Shown here: positions 1 through 13,516 of the stretch, piece by piece
Numbering within the stretch: the stretch's first letter is position 1
How the letters are laid out: each line of letters begins with the position of its first letter
Source: Candidatus Binatia bacterium
GTDB lineage: Bacteria; Desulfobacterota; Binatia; HRBIN30
DNA length: 64,000 nucleotides
Assembly (NCBI GenBank): GCA_038245295.1
Contig: JBBRSP010000001.1
Span: 288,001-352,000, forward strand
Direction of reading: 5' to 3'
Notes under the pieces: generated by a model
What the model was told of the DNA's origin: nothing
Databases searched by the model: none
Seen by the model: the letters and a program-made list of their open reading frames with translations, nothing else
Translations under genes and position numbers: made by a program

Positions 1-1107
1 GACGGCGTTGAGCGCGTCGCGCTTCCAGTCGCGTTCGTGGGCGAGGAGCACTTCCGCAATGGCCCAGGCCCTGCGTTCGTCGTCGCACGCCAAGAGCTCC
101 TTCATCAGGGGTTGGCGCGCCGCCGGCAGCTTCTTGAGTGAGGCCGTGGCCTGATCGCGTCGGGCGAAACTGTCGTCGGTGAGATAACCGATGAGGGTTT
201 TGACGACTGCTCCGGAGTCAAAAACGCCGAGTTTTTGGACGGCAAAGCGTTTGACAGACGGCTGTGTGCTGTCGGCGAGGCGATTCAGGAGCGGCATGTA
301 GTCGCGGTCGAGTCTTTGCTCGTCGAGCAGCGCGATGGCCGGCCGCAAGACTCCGTTCTCGTCGTCCGAGTCGAGCTGCGCGAGTAGGCTGTCGACCTCG
401 GCGGCACTGAGTTGTTCGCCGCGCATGCACTGCCGCAGGGCGCCGAGCGCGTGGGTCAGTACGGCGTGTGATTGCCCCTTGCCGAGCAGTGCGGCAAGAC
501 GCTTGCGGGCCTTCGGATCGCCGAGGGCGCCGAAAAGCTTTGCCGCGGCAATGGAAGCGGATCGTTGCTCCTTGGCTTTGGCGGCCAGGTCCTCGGCTCG
601 GGCAAACAAATCGGCGCGTGCCTTGGCCTCGAGCTGTGGCACGCCGGCGATGAGCGCATCGCAAGCGAGCCTGTTCAGGTCGAAGTCATCGCCCGCCATG
701 AGCTCGAACAAGATATCGAGTGCGGCGTTCGACCGGACCTGAGCCGATAGATCGAGGATCGCGTGGATACGTCGTCGCGGCGCATCCTTGAGCAGCTTGC
801 GCGCGGCAAGGACAGCGCTAGCGCCGGCCGCGGCGAGCATCGCGGTGGCGCGTTTGCGTAGTCCTTCCTCGTCGCTGTCCAGCATGGGCAGGGCATATTC
901 AACCGTTGCTTTTGGATTTACTGATTCAAAGTAGCCGACGGCGAAGTCGGCTACGATAGCATTCTTGGCGCCGATCAGTTGGCCGATGGCACGCACAACT
1001 TTGTCATCGTTCGCTTTAATGCGCGTCAGCACGACGAGTGCGGCGCAGCGGCCTTCGACGTCGGTAGCTTCTAACAAACCGACGACAGCCTTGAGTGTGT
1101 TATCCAC
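1..1107 (-). CDS. HEAT/armadillo-like repeat protein (partial, runs off left edge)
   Basis: Hand-translated open frame from GTG at 1107 to base 1 (MDNTLKAVVGLLEATDVEGRCAALVVL...), absent from the ORF track because its stop is outside the window; repeated HEAT-like helices such as LPMLDSDEEGLRKRATAML and LIGYLTDDSFARRDQATASL. Confidence 0.7.
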   Translation of the reverse strand, partial: MDNTLKAVVGLLEATDVEGRCAALVVLTRIKANDDKVVRAIGQLIGAKNAIVADFAVGYFESVNPKATVEYALPMLDSDEEGLRKRATAMLAAAGASAVLAARKLLKDAPRRRIHAILDLSAQVRSNAALDILFELMAGDDFDLNRLACDALIAGVPQLEAKARADLFARAEDLAAKAKEQRSASIAAAKLFGALGDPKARKRLAALLGKGQSHAVLTHALGALRQCMRGEQLSAAEVDSLLAQLDSDDENGVLRPAIALLDEQRLDRDYMPLLNRLADSTQPSVKRFAVQKLGVFDSGAVVKTLIGYLTDDSFARRDQATASLKKLPAARQPLMKELLACDDERRAWAIAEVLLAHERDWKRDALNAV

Positions 1108-1382
1108 TCCTTCCCCGTACCAGACCCGGCATCAGGGGAAAAGCGCAACCAGGCGACGTGATCCTCTGTTTTTGTGCTGCGGCGACCGCGCCGTTGACGG
1201 TCGCTTTCTTGGGACTCTATACGCTACGCCGTGCTCCATACGATTTCGCCCAGAGCGATTCTCATCTCGCCGGCGCAATCGGATCGGCCGGGTACCGACG
1301 CGGTGGCGCAAAGATCTGCGGAGTCGGAAACTTCTATCACGATTGGTCGAGCATCACACGCGTGCCGTGGTGGAGAATATTC

Positions 1383-3152
1383 ATGGGGGCCATGCCGGTC
1401 GAGTATCGGTTAGCGCTTAAGGGACGGCGCGCACGGTTTCTCGTGCTCACCGCCCTGTTGGCAGCGCTGCCGTATTTGAACAGTCTCTCGGCTGGGTTTA
1501 CGTTCGATGACGCGGCCGTTGTCCGCGACAACCCCGCCGTGATGCATCCGGATGCACCACTGCGCCCGCTTGTCCTCGGCGTCATCGATCGTCTGGTCTG
1601 GTATCGGCCGCTGACCATGCTCTCATACCGAGCCAACGCGGCGGCTACTCGGACGCCATTCGGTTTCCACCTGGTCAACGTCCTCTTGCATGTGGTGATC
1701 TCGATGCTCGTGTTCGAGCTCGCCGCCCTTTGGGTCGGTCATGGTTTTGCAGCCTTCGCCACGGCTGCGTTGTTCGCCGTTCATCCGATTCATACCGAAG
1801 CGGTTAGTAGTATCGTGGGCCGAGCCGAACTGATGGCTGCCTTGTTCGTCTTCGGTTCTCTCCTGGCGATTGGTCGGGTCCGCGAGTGCGGCTCCGTTGG
1901 ATGGATCGTTGCGTCAGTCGGATGCTTTCTCCTCGGGCTTCTCTCCAAGGAGAGCGCGGTAGTGGGACTCCCCTTGGCCGTCGTGGTCTGTCGGCGTTCG
2001 GCGCAACAGCTGTCCTGGCCAAGAGTGGGCGTCCTCATCGCCCTGCTGCTGGTTGCCGCAATGCCGTACCTCTATCTGCGCGGGATTGTCGTCGGTGCAC
2101 TGACCCTCCCGGCGATGCCCGACTTCCTTTCGAACCCAGTTGCCTATAGCCCCTGGCCAGTCAGGCTTGCGATGTTTCTAGTCATCGCCTCCAAGTACAG
2201 CCTGCTGATGTTCGCCCCGATCAGACTCTATGCCGACTATTCCTTCAATCACCTGCCGGTCGTTTCCGACCCGACAGACCCCCGTCTCGTGGGGGCCGTG
2301 ATCGGCCTGGCGTTCGTCGCCGTCGTCCTGTTCTTGGTTCGTCGCAGAGAGCCTCTCCTCCTTGTCGCATCGATCTTTTTCTTCCTGCCTCTCGGGTTGA
2401 CGTCCAACATAGGCTTCGCAATCGGCACTATCATGGCCGAACGATTGCTTTATTTGCCGTCGTTCGGATTCTGTTTTGGCCTCGGCGTTGTGCTGGCTCG
2501 CTGGGCAAAGAGTCGGGGTCCGTTAGTGGTGACGGTGCTGATCCTGTGCGTGGCGGTGCTGTCGCTTCGCACCGTTCTCCGAAACGAAGATTGGCAGGAC
2601 GACTGCTCGTTGTTTTTGTCGGCCATCCGCAGCGGCACGGGCAGCGCAAAGTCATATCTCAACCTCGCAGTCTGCTATCAGGATCACGGAGAACTCGATA
2701 CTGCACTTACCTACTTCGGGCGTGCGTTGGATATCTATGCGGATTTCCCTGACGCTGCATTTGGCATTGGATTTGTGCACGAACTAAAAGGGGATGAGGA
2801 TCTGGCCTTGGAATGGTATCGTCGCACGCTTGGCATGGCGGGCGGTTATGCCAAGGCGCATCTCAACACTGGATCGATTCTCTATCAACGAGGTGATGCC
2901 GTGGCTGCCGAGCGTGAATTCCGTTCCGGCTTGGAGGCTGAGCCGGAGAATCCTCGGCTGTTGCTCGGACTAGCGCTTGCCCGGCTTGTGCAAAACGATC
3001 GCGACTCGGCAACTGTATTGCTTCAGCGCGCAACCGCGCTGGCTGGAGACAACCCTCGGCTTGCCGGTATGGTACGCGACGCTGCAGGCATGTTGAAGAA
3101 CGGTGCGCCGAATGCCGTTGGCGTACCGGACTCGCAAGCCATGACTCCTTGA
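1383..3152 (+). CDS. TMTC-like GT-C membrane glycosyltransferase with C-terminal TPR repeats
   Basis: Motifs FTFDD, YRPL, HPIHTEAVSSIVGRAE, SKE, AERLLYLPS, RNEDW; many TM helices then TPRs; start moved to ATG 1383 behind GGAG. Confidence 0.85.
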   Translation: MGAMPVEYRLALKGRRARFLVLTALLAALPYLNSLSAGFTFDDAAVVRDNPAVMHPDAPLRPLVLGVIDRLVWYRPLTMLSYRANAAATRTPFGFHLVNVLLHVVISMLVFELAALWVGHGFAAFATAALFAVHPIHTEAVSSIVGRAELMAALFVFGSLLAIGRVRECGSVGWIVASVGCFLLGLLSKESAVVGLPLAVVVCRRSAQQLSWPRVGVLIALLLVAAMPYLYLRGIVVGALTLPAMPDFLSNPVAYSPWPVRLAMFLVIASKYSLLMFAPIRLYADYSFNHLPVVSDPTDPRLVGAVIGLAFVAVVLFLVRRREPLLLVASIFFFLPLGLTSNIGFAIGTIMAERLLYLPSFGFCFGLGVVLARWAKSRGPLVVTVLILCVAVLSLRTVLRNEDWQDDCSLFLSAIRSGTGSAKSYLNLAVCYQDHGELDTALTYFGRALDIYADFPDAAFGIGFVHELKGDEDLALEWYRRTLGMAGGYAKAHLNTGSILYQRGDAVAAEREFRSGLEAEPENPRLLLGLALARLVQNDRDSATVLLQRATALAGDNPRLAGMVRDAAGMLKNGAPNAVGVPDSQAMTP

Positions 3153-3209
3153 TCCTTCGTCGCGATAGGAACTCTTGCGACCGACGAACGCCCAACGTAC
3201 GGTGCCAGG

Positions 3210-3674
3210 ATGAACCAACTCCTCGAACTCGTTTTCGGCCCGTTGCTCACCGTCCACCAATGGCTCTACGAGCAAAGCGACGGACGCATTGGTGCGAGTC
3301 TCGGAGGCCGGCCGATGCTTCTTCTGCGCACGGTCGGACGCCGCACCAAGCAGCCCCGTACCGCCGCCCTGCTCTATGTGCCGGATAGCGGCGCGTATGT
3401 TGTGATCGCCTCTAAGGGCGGCGCTCCGCAGCATCCCGGGTGGTTCCACAACCTGCGAGCCACACCCGACGTGGAAATCCAGGTGGGGCGGGAGCGCCTC
3501 CCCGTGCGTGCCCGTATCGCCGAAGGCAAAGAGCGCGCCCGACTCTGGGCCAAAGCCGATGCGATCAATCAGGGCCAGTATGCCGTGTACCAATCGCGCA
3601 CCGACCGCGAGATTCCGGTTGTCGTGCTCGATCGAAGGTCTTCGAAGAGATCTAAGCGCACCGCGGATGCGTGA
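3210..3674 (+). CDS. Deazaflavin (F420)-dependent nitroreductase family protein (Ddn-like)
   Basis: LLLRTVGRRTKQPR, ASKGGAPQHPGWFHNL, YQSRTDREIPVVVL motifs. Confidence 0.9.
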   Translation: MNQLLELVFGPLLTVHQWLYEQSDGRIGASLGGRPMLLLRTVGRRTKQPRTAALLYVPDSGAYVVIASKGGAPQHPGWFHNLRATPDVEIQVGRERLPVRARIAEGKERARLWAKADAINQGQYAVYQSRTDREIPVVVLDRRSSKRSKRTADA

Positions 3675-3759
3675 GGGGCGTTGCAAATCGCTGCGATAGG
3701 GAAGGTCCCGCCGCAGCGCTGACGGCCTTTGGATTTCTTGCTGGGCTGCGGAGGCCGGG

Positions 3760-4983
3760 TCAGGTGCGATAGTCGGAGTTGAATTTGACGTACTCGACGG
3801 TGAGGTCCGACGCCATTCGATAGGCCACGGCGTGGCCGGCGTGCAGGTTAAGCGTCAGCTTGAACTCGGGGCGCGCGGTGATCGCCGACGCCTTCTTTTC
3901 AACCTTGCCGACGATCTCTTCGCCACGCCGCACAACCTGCACGTCTTCGAAATAGACGTCGAGTTTCTGCGGATCGAAGACGGCGCCGCTGTAGCCGGCG
4001 GCACAGACCAGGCGTCCGGTGTAAGGATCGCCGCCGTAGAAGGCGGACTTGCACAGCGGCGAGCGGGCTATGGCATCGGCGACACGTTGGGCGTCACGCA
4101 CATTGCGTGCACCGGTGACGTGAATGTCGACGACTTTGGTGGCGCCCTCGCCATCCTTGACGATCATCCGTGCCAGCTTGGTCATCAGGCGCGCCACGGC
4201 GCCGCAGAAGGCGTTGAAGTCACGCGATCGGGCCGTCAGGGTGCGATTGGCGGCGACGCCATTGGCCAACAGCACGGCCGTGTCGTTGGTGCTGGTGTCG
4301 CCATCAACGACGATGGCATTGAACGACTGCGGCAACGCGATGCGCAGTGCGGTACGCAGTGCCGCCGGTGCCACGGCGGCATTGGTCATGATGTAGGTCA
4401 GGTTGGTCGCATGCGGTACCAGACGCATCTGCGGCGCGATCATGCCGGCGCCTTTGGTCATGCCGGCGATGATGATCTCCTGCCCGTCGATCAACAGGCC
4501 CTCGGTGCCGAATTTCGGGAAGGCATCGGTGGTCATGATGCCTTCCAACGCTTCGTGGAAGCCTCGGGCGTTGGCGCTTCGGCAGACGTCGCGAACGCCG
4601 GTCTCGATCGCCTTGCGCGGCAACTGCACGCCAATACGTCCGGTCGACGATGGGATCACCAGCTTTTCGGGGATGCCGAGTTCACGAGCGGCGATGCGAC
4701 ACATGTCGCGCGCCATCGATAGACCTTGCCGGCCGGTATAGGCGTTGGCATTGCCGCTGTTGATGATGATCGCTTGCAGCTTGCCGGCGCCAGATCGTTG
4801 CAGACCCACCACGACGGGTGCTGCCTTGACGCGGTTATTGGTGAACGCCGCCGCTGCCGTCGCCGGAGTGTCGGAGACGATGACTGCGACGTCGCGTTTG
4901 CCGCTCTGCTTCAGGCCGCAGCGCACGCCGCCAAAGCGGAAGCCGGGAACCTCGATGGGCGCCTGCTTGGTTTCAACCTTCAT
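3760..4983 (-). CDS. argJ: Bifunctional glutamate N-acetyltransferase/amino-acid acetyltransferase
   Basis: NSGNANA, STGRIG, IMTTD, KGAGMIAP, DGDTSTND, DGEGATK motifs; 407 aa. Confidence 0.96.
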   Translation of the reverse strand: MKVETKQAPIEVPGFRFGGVRCGLKQSGKRDVAVIVSDTPATAAAAFTNNRVKAAPVVVGLQRSGAGKLQAIIINSGNANAYTGRQGLSMARDMCRIAARELGIPEKLVIPSSTGRIGVQLPRKAIETGVRDVCRSANARGFHEALEGIMTTDAFPKFGTEGLLIDGQEIIIAGMTKGAGMIAPQMRLVPHATNLTYIMTNAAVAPAALRTALRIALPQSFNAIVVDGDTSTNDTAVLLANGVAANRTLTARSRDFNAFCGAVARLMTKLARMIVKDGEGATKVVDIHVTGARNVRDAQRVADAIARSPLCKSAFYGGDPYTGRLVCAAGYSGAVFDPQKLDVYFEDVQVVRRGEEIVGKVEKKASAITARPEFKLTLNLHAGHAVAYRMASDLTVEYVKFNSDYRT

Positions 4984-4992
4984 CGCCGAATC

Positions 4993-8610
<3,618 letters not shown>

Positions 8611-8695
8611 AGGAGAATCCAGAGTCCGTTATTTGGGGGTCTCGACGAGCCTAGCAGCTTGAAATGTATGATTCATCTTCGCAGCGACTCGTAGC

Positions 8696-9568
8696 TCAGC
8701 GCTCGAGACGAACGGCTGACTCGACACTCCGGCCGATGAAATGCGCGCCGACGCGAATGAAGCGATCGGGCACGTCGGTGACAAAGAAACTGACCGAGCC
8801 GGGGCCGGTGCGGCGGAGCAATCCCTGCTGCTGGAGCGTGTGGCGGACGACCGCGGCCGTGGTGCGGGCCGAGTCGACGATTGCGACATCGGGCCCCATT
8901 ACCTCAGCGATGACCGTTTCGAGCAGGGGATAGTGGGTGCAGCCAAGGACGAGGGTGTCGATGCCGCTGCGTTTGAGGCTAGTGAGATACAGCGTCGCCG
9001 TGCGTTGGGCGACGTCGTTGTTGATCCAGCCCTCTTCGGCCAGCGGCACGAAGAGCGGGCACGCGCGCGTGTAGATCTCCAGATCGGGGTCGATGTCGCG
9101 CAAGGCTTGCGTGTATGCGCCGCTGCTGATGGTGGCTTCGGTGCCGATGACACCGATCTTGCGGTTGCGCGTTTCGTCGACCGCCGCTTGAGCTCCCGGT
9201 TCGATGACGCCGATGATCGGTACGGAGAATTGCTCCTGGAGAGCTTCCAGGGCGACGGCGGACGACGTGTTGCAGGCGACGACGAGAACCTTGATGTCCT
9301 TATCGACGAGGAACTGGGCGTTCTCGATCGAGAAGCGACGAACGGTATCGGCTGACTTTGTGCCGTATGGTGTGCGCGCCGTGTCACCGAGGTAGATGAT
9401 GTTCTCGCGCGGCAGTTCTTGAAGAAGTTCGTGGACGACGGTCAGGCCGCCGATACCCGAGTCGAACACGCCGATCGCTCCGGTGCTGGCGGCGAGGGCG
9501 CGTTTCGGCGCGACGCGACTCGGTTTGCCATTGATCTTACCGCGCGCAGCTTTCGGGCGCCCGGTCAT
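8696..9568 (-). CDS. murI: Glutamate racemase
   Basis: FDSGIGGLTV, PYG, VACNT and LGCTHYP catalytic motifs. Confidence 0.96.
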   Translation of the reverse strand: MTGRPKAARGKINGKPSRVAPKRALAASTGAIGVFDSGIGGLTVVHELLQELPRENIIYLGDTARTPYGTKSADTVRRFSIENAQFLVDKDIKVLVVACNTSSAVALEALQEQFSVPIIGVIEPGAQAAVDETRNRKIGVIGTEATISSGAYTQALRDIDPDLEIYTRACPLFVPLAEEGWINNDVAQRTATLYLTSLKRSGIDTLVLGCTHYPLLETVIAEVMGPDVAIVDSARTTAAVVRHTLQQQGLLRRTGPGSVSFFVTDVPDRFIRVGAHFIGRSVESAVRLER

Positions 9569-10644
9569 GCCAGAGCTCCAACCAGGTGATCCGCCAGTTG
9601 GCGATCACTCGGGATGTTGCCGAATACTTTCTCCCACACGCCCGCCGGTTCCATACAAACGTAGAGTGGTAGGCACGAATCCACCGAACGCAACTCATCG
9701 AGCAATCTTCGATACATTTTGATCCGTACTCCGCGCCAGACGCGATCCTTGCCGTCGGGCGACGGGACGAGCTCGCCATCGAGAATCGTCGTCGCCGTCG
9801 GACGTGACCGGATGGCGGCTTTGAGCCCTGAACCGAGGCGCAGGCTGCCGAGGCTGATCCAGGCCACTGCCTTCGGATCAATGGCGCGAAAGATATCGCG
9901 GATGGCTTCCCGATAGGCGGATTCCCACCCCGGTTGGTCGATCAACGGATCGAAGTGGATGCCGACCTTGTACCCGGCGGCCTGGACGCGCCGTGCCGCC
10001 GCCAGCCGCGCATCAAACGACGCGGTGCCGGCCTCGTCGTTGGCGGTTACCGCCCGCGTGTTCATCGACCAGGAGACGACGACTCGACCTTTCGGATCGA
10101 GGTGCAAAAGCGACTCGATGCAGTCGCGTTTGGTCTTGAGCTCGAGCATCGCGTTGGCGTGTGCGGCAAAGAACGGTACGAGCAGCTCGCTGAGCCCGCT
10201 GATCGGATCGAGCGCCAGGCTGTCGGCCAGCTCACCGGTGCCGATGCGGAAGGTGCGCTCCGGGTGGGCTCGCAACACGGCCGCCGCTTCCGCCAGCCCA
10301 TCCTCCGGGTTGCTGAAGATCTTGATCGCCGAGTTGTTGCGCAAATAATCCTGCAAAAAGCAGTATGTGCAGTCGAACGGGCAGTTCGAGGCGAAGTTCA
10401 TGACGAGGTAGTTGCAGCACACGAGACCGCTGGTGCCGGCCGGGCAGGCTTGCAGAAATGTCCCGCGATGACGTTGAACGACGAGGCGCCGCTTGCCGGC
10501 GGCGAACTCATACGGGTTGGCCGAGCTCGGGTCGTCGACGACGTGGGTTGGGAGGTCTGGCAACCGCTCACGGACCCGTCGCGCCACGGCCGAGTCGGCC
10601 TCGCTGCGCTCAATCCAGACTTCGTCTGGCGTCCAGGCGGTCAT
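9565..10644 (-). CDS. Spore photoproduct lyase-like radical SAM protein
   Basis: CPFDCTYC cluster motif, GELADSLAL, ELKTK, HFDP, YVCME; stop overlaps murI start. Confidence 0.8.
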   Translation of the reverse strand: MTAWTPDEVWIERSEADSAVARRVRERLPDLPTHVVDDPSSANPYEFAAGKRRLVVQRHRGTFLQACPAGTSGLVCCNYLVMNFASNCPFDCTYCFLQDYLRNNSAIKIFSNPEDGLAEAAAVLRAHPERTFRIGTGELADSLALDPISGLSELLVPFFAAHANAMLELKTKRDCIESLLHLDPKGRVVVSWSMNTRAVTANDEAGTASFDARLAAARRVQAAGYKVGIHFDPLIDQPGWESAYREAIRDIFRAIDPKAVAWISLGSLRLGSGLKAAIRSRPTATTILDGELVPSPDGKDRVWRGVRIKMYRRLLDELRSVDSCLPLYVCMEPAGVWEKVFGNIPSDRQLADHLVGALA

Positions 10645-11177
10645 GGAGCTTCATCGAGCAGATGAAACAGTTCGGCGCAAGTCGGCGAGTCGGCCGCCGC
10701 CAGCAGCGCCGCCGCTGCAAGACGCAATGTTTTCGGGTCGCGCACGCCCATATGGATGGTCAATTCGTCGCCTTCGAGGAACTCGGGCAGCTCGACGCGC
10801 ACGCCTGCCGGTAAGTTGAGCTGACGTACGAGAACTCGCATTCGATCCTCGTTCGCACTCAATTGAGGAAAACGCCGGCGCCGCAACGCCGCTTTCACCA
10901 GCTTGAGTTGGTCGTGCCGTCCAACCGGCTGACGCAAGGCGCTGCAAATCTCCGCGCTACCGAGCACTTCGGCGAGTGAGTGCTGATCGCGTGCGGCGAT
11001 CTCCCCGGCCCACGCCCAGAGGTCGCGCAATTGGTTATCGCTCAAACGCAGCGACTGGGCGAGCTGCAACAACGCCGCGCCATCGAATGGGGACAACACC
11101 AGCCATCGTTCGAGTGTCGCTGGCCGATAGTGACGCTGTTCCGCAAAACGCCTGATTTCGTCGATGGTGGAGCTCAT
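10641..11177 (-). CDS. Hypothetical helical protein (possibly related to the C-terminal part of ParB-like proteins)
   Basis: Plausible coding part of ORF 10641..11507 starts at MSSTIDEIRR (ATG 11177); 4-nt overlap with the radical SAM gene. Confidence 0.65.
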   Translation of the reverse strand: MSSTIDEIRRFAEQRHYRPATLERWLVLSPFDGAALLQLAQSLRLSDNQLRDLWAWAGEIAARDQHSLAEVLGSAEICSALRQPVGRHDQLKLVKAALRRRRFPQLSANEDRMRVLVRQLNLPAGVRVELPEFLEGDELTIHMGVRDPKTLRLAAAALLAAADSPTCAELFHLLDEAP

Positions 11178-11184
11178 CCAAATT

Positions 11185-12018
11185 TCACCCTTCACTCTTC
11201 GATCGTGTCCAGTCCGCAATCGCCGCGTAGGCAGCCGCCTCGTCCGTCCGCCCGCGGCGCTGCGCTCCTTGCTCGAGGATAGCGCACTTGTGGCGCAGAA
11301 CATCGATCGTTGCCTGTCGTTGCGTGGTGGAGAGGTCACCGGCCAGCAGCCGCGCCAGGGCAGCGATACGAAAGCGGTCCATGCCCCAGAGCTGCCGTGA
11401 CAATTGATCGGCGTGGCCGCCGCGTTTGATGACCAGCGGCTGATCGACGAGACCGAAGGCCTCGGTGCGGGCCAGGCGCAGCCACAGGTCGTAGTCTTCG
11501 CAGACACTCAGGCCATGGTCGAAGCCGCCTGCGGAAACGAAGAGATCACGCCGCATCACGACGGTCGAGGGACCGACGACCGTGCCGCGCAGGCAGGCCA
11601 TGAACGCATCGCCGTCCGGCTTGCGGTGGTGCTTTGACTGGTTGATGCGAACGCCATCGCGCTCCCAGATCTCGTTGGTGTGACAGATCCGCGTTCCCGG
11701 GTGATGCCGGATATAGTCGGCCTGCGCCCGCAACTTACGAGGCAGCCATAGGTCATCCGAATCCAGGAATGCGATCCAATCGCTGTCGCTCGCCGCCACG
11801 CCGGCGTTGCGTGCCGCGGCAACACCTTGGTTCTCCGTGCGTACGACGCGGATGGCTGAGCCGAAGCGGGTCTCGAGCGCGGCGGCGGTGTCGTCGGTCG
11901 ACCCATCATCGACGACGACGATTCCGGCGATCGGGAACGACTGTTCCAAAACCGACGCGACTGCCTCGAGCACCATGGCCTGGCGATTGTGGGTTGGGAT
12001 TATGACGCTAATGTTCAC
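11185..12018 (-). CDS. Glycosyltransferase family 2
   Basis: ISVIIPTHNR, VVDDGSTD, AARNAG, AFLDSDD, EDYDLWLR; start set at GTG 12018. Confidence 0.92.
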   Translation of the reverse strand: MNISVIIPTHNRQAMVLEAVASVLEQSFPIAGIVVVDDGSTDDTAAALETRFGSAIRVVRTENQGVAAARNAGVAASDSDWIAFLDSDDLWLPRKLRAQADYIRHHPGTRICHTNEIWERDGVRINQSKHHRKPDGDAFMACLRGTVVGPSTVVMRRDLFVSAGGFDHGLSVCEDYDLWLRLARTEAFGLVDQPLVIKRGGHADQLSRQLWGMDRFRIAALARLLAGDLSTTQRQATIDVLRHKCAILEQGAQRRGRTDEAAAYAAIADWTRSKSEG

Positions 12019-12231
12019 TTCCCTCTTGTATCGCCATCGTGTCGCTACACCAACCTTGCTGACCGTAACGACGGCAATGCTCGATGTATGGGCGCGGTGG
12101 ATGCGAATCGATTGGGCCCGATCCTCGACATAAGGGCGCTGCTTCGAGGCGGCGTGAGGATTGCATGATGTAGTGGTGGCGTTGGAAGGTAACCGATCGA
12201 GGTCGCCGTCTAACGCGGGAGGGTGAGATCG

Positions 12232-13479
12232 ATGCAGGGTCTGGTTCTGACGGCGGGTGGCGCCCGTGGGGCGTATCAAGCGGGTGTTCTGAAGCGGATC
12301 GGCGAGTTGCCGCAGTTCCGGCGCGGTGCGTCGCCCTTTCGAATTGTTGCGGGAGCGTCCGCCGGCGCCATCAACGGTGCGACCGTCGCCGGGATGAGCG
12401 GTAATTTCTATGAGTCGACCCGCCTGCTTGCCGAGCTGTGGTCGAACCTGCAAGTCACCGACGTGTTTCACTCGGATGCGCTTTCCCTATCCCTGAGCGG
12501 GCTACGCCTGCTGCGCGACATGGCGTTCGGCGGGATGCTTGGCAATGCCGGTGTGCTGTCGCTGCTCGATGCGTCGCCGCTGCGGGCGTTCTTGTCGGAC
12601 AAGGTGCCGATCGCCGGCATCAATGAGTCGATCCGCCGCGGGCAGCTTTATGCGCTGGCGATCACAGCCACCAGCTACCACTCCGGCAAGTCGTTCACCT
12701 TCGTTCAGGGGCAGGCGGGTCACCCGCTATGGCGCAAGGCGCGTCGTGTCACCTTGCCCGTGCGCATGACCCTCGACCACGTCCTGGCCTCCGCCGCCAT
12801 TCCGCTGGTGTTCCAACCGGTGCGTTTGAAGACGGCGGCGGGTGAGTTCTGGTTCGGTGATGGCGGCTTGCGCCTCGTCACGCCGCTCAGCCCGGCGATC
12901 CGACTCGGCGCTTCGAAGATCTTTGCCGTCGGCATTCGCTGCCAGCGCTCGGCCGATGATTTGTCGGTGACCGAGCTGCACGGTGTCGGCGAAGGCAAGC
13001 CAGTAATGCCGCAACCGCCGTTGGCGCAGATCTGCGGCGTCTTCATGAACGCCATCTTCCTCGACCATCTCGATGCCGATCTCGATCACCTCAAGCGCAT
13101 GAACGAACTGATCCGCGCCAACCATTCCACCGCGGTGAACGACAGCACGACGGCGCCGAGTGAGCCGATGCGTACGGTCGAGACCATGGTGGTCAATCCG
13201 TCCGAGGACCTCGCCATCGTCGCCAGTCACCTATCGCATCGCATGCCGCGCCTGGTGCGTTACCTCTTGGATGGCCTCGGTACACCCGACGCGCAGAGTG
13301 CCGACCTGATGAGTTATCTCCTGTTCGATTCGGCCTACACGCGTTCGCTGCTCGACTGCGGATATCGTGACGCCGGGGGGCGCATTGATGAGATCGAAGC
13401 GTTCCTGACTACAACAGCACCAACACGTCGCCGATCATTGCGCGCGGTGCGGTCGTTGCGCTCCGCGGCTTCGGCGTAA
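12232..13479 (+). CDS. Patatin-like phospholipase
   Basis: AGGARGAYQAG glycine loop, GASAG nucleophile, DGG motif. Confidence 0.9.
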   Translation: MQGLVLTAGGARGAYQAGVLKRIGELPQFRRGASPFRIVAGASAGAINGATVAGMSGNFYESTRLLAELWSNLQVTDVFHSDALSLSLSGLRLLRDMAFGGMLGNAGVLSLLDASPLRAFLSDKVPIAGINESIRRGQLYALAITATSYHSGKSFTFVQGQAGHPLWRKARRVTLPVRMTLDHVLASAAIPLVFQPVRLKTAAGEFWFGDGGLRLVTPLSPAIRLGASKIFAVGIRCQRSADDLSVTELHGVGEGKPVMPQPPLAQICGVFMNAIFLDHLDADLDHLKRMNELIRANHSTAVNDSTTAPSEPMRTVETMVVNPSEDLAIVASHLSHRMPRLVRYLLDGLGTPDAQSADLMSYLLFDSAYTRSLLDCGYRDAGGRIDEIEAFLTTTAPTRRRSLRAVRSLRSAASA

Positions 13480-13516
13480 TGAGCCAATGCCGGCGCCAGT
13501 GGAATGTCGGCAAACC

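Noticed and set aside
218..902. Several short ORFs listed at the left edge
   Set aside because: All overlap the longer minus-strand HEAT-repeat frame 1-1107
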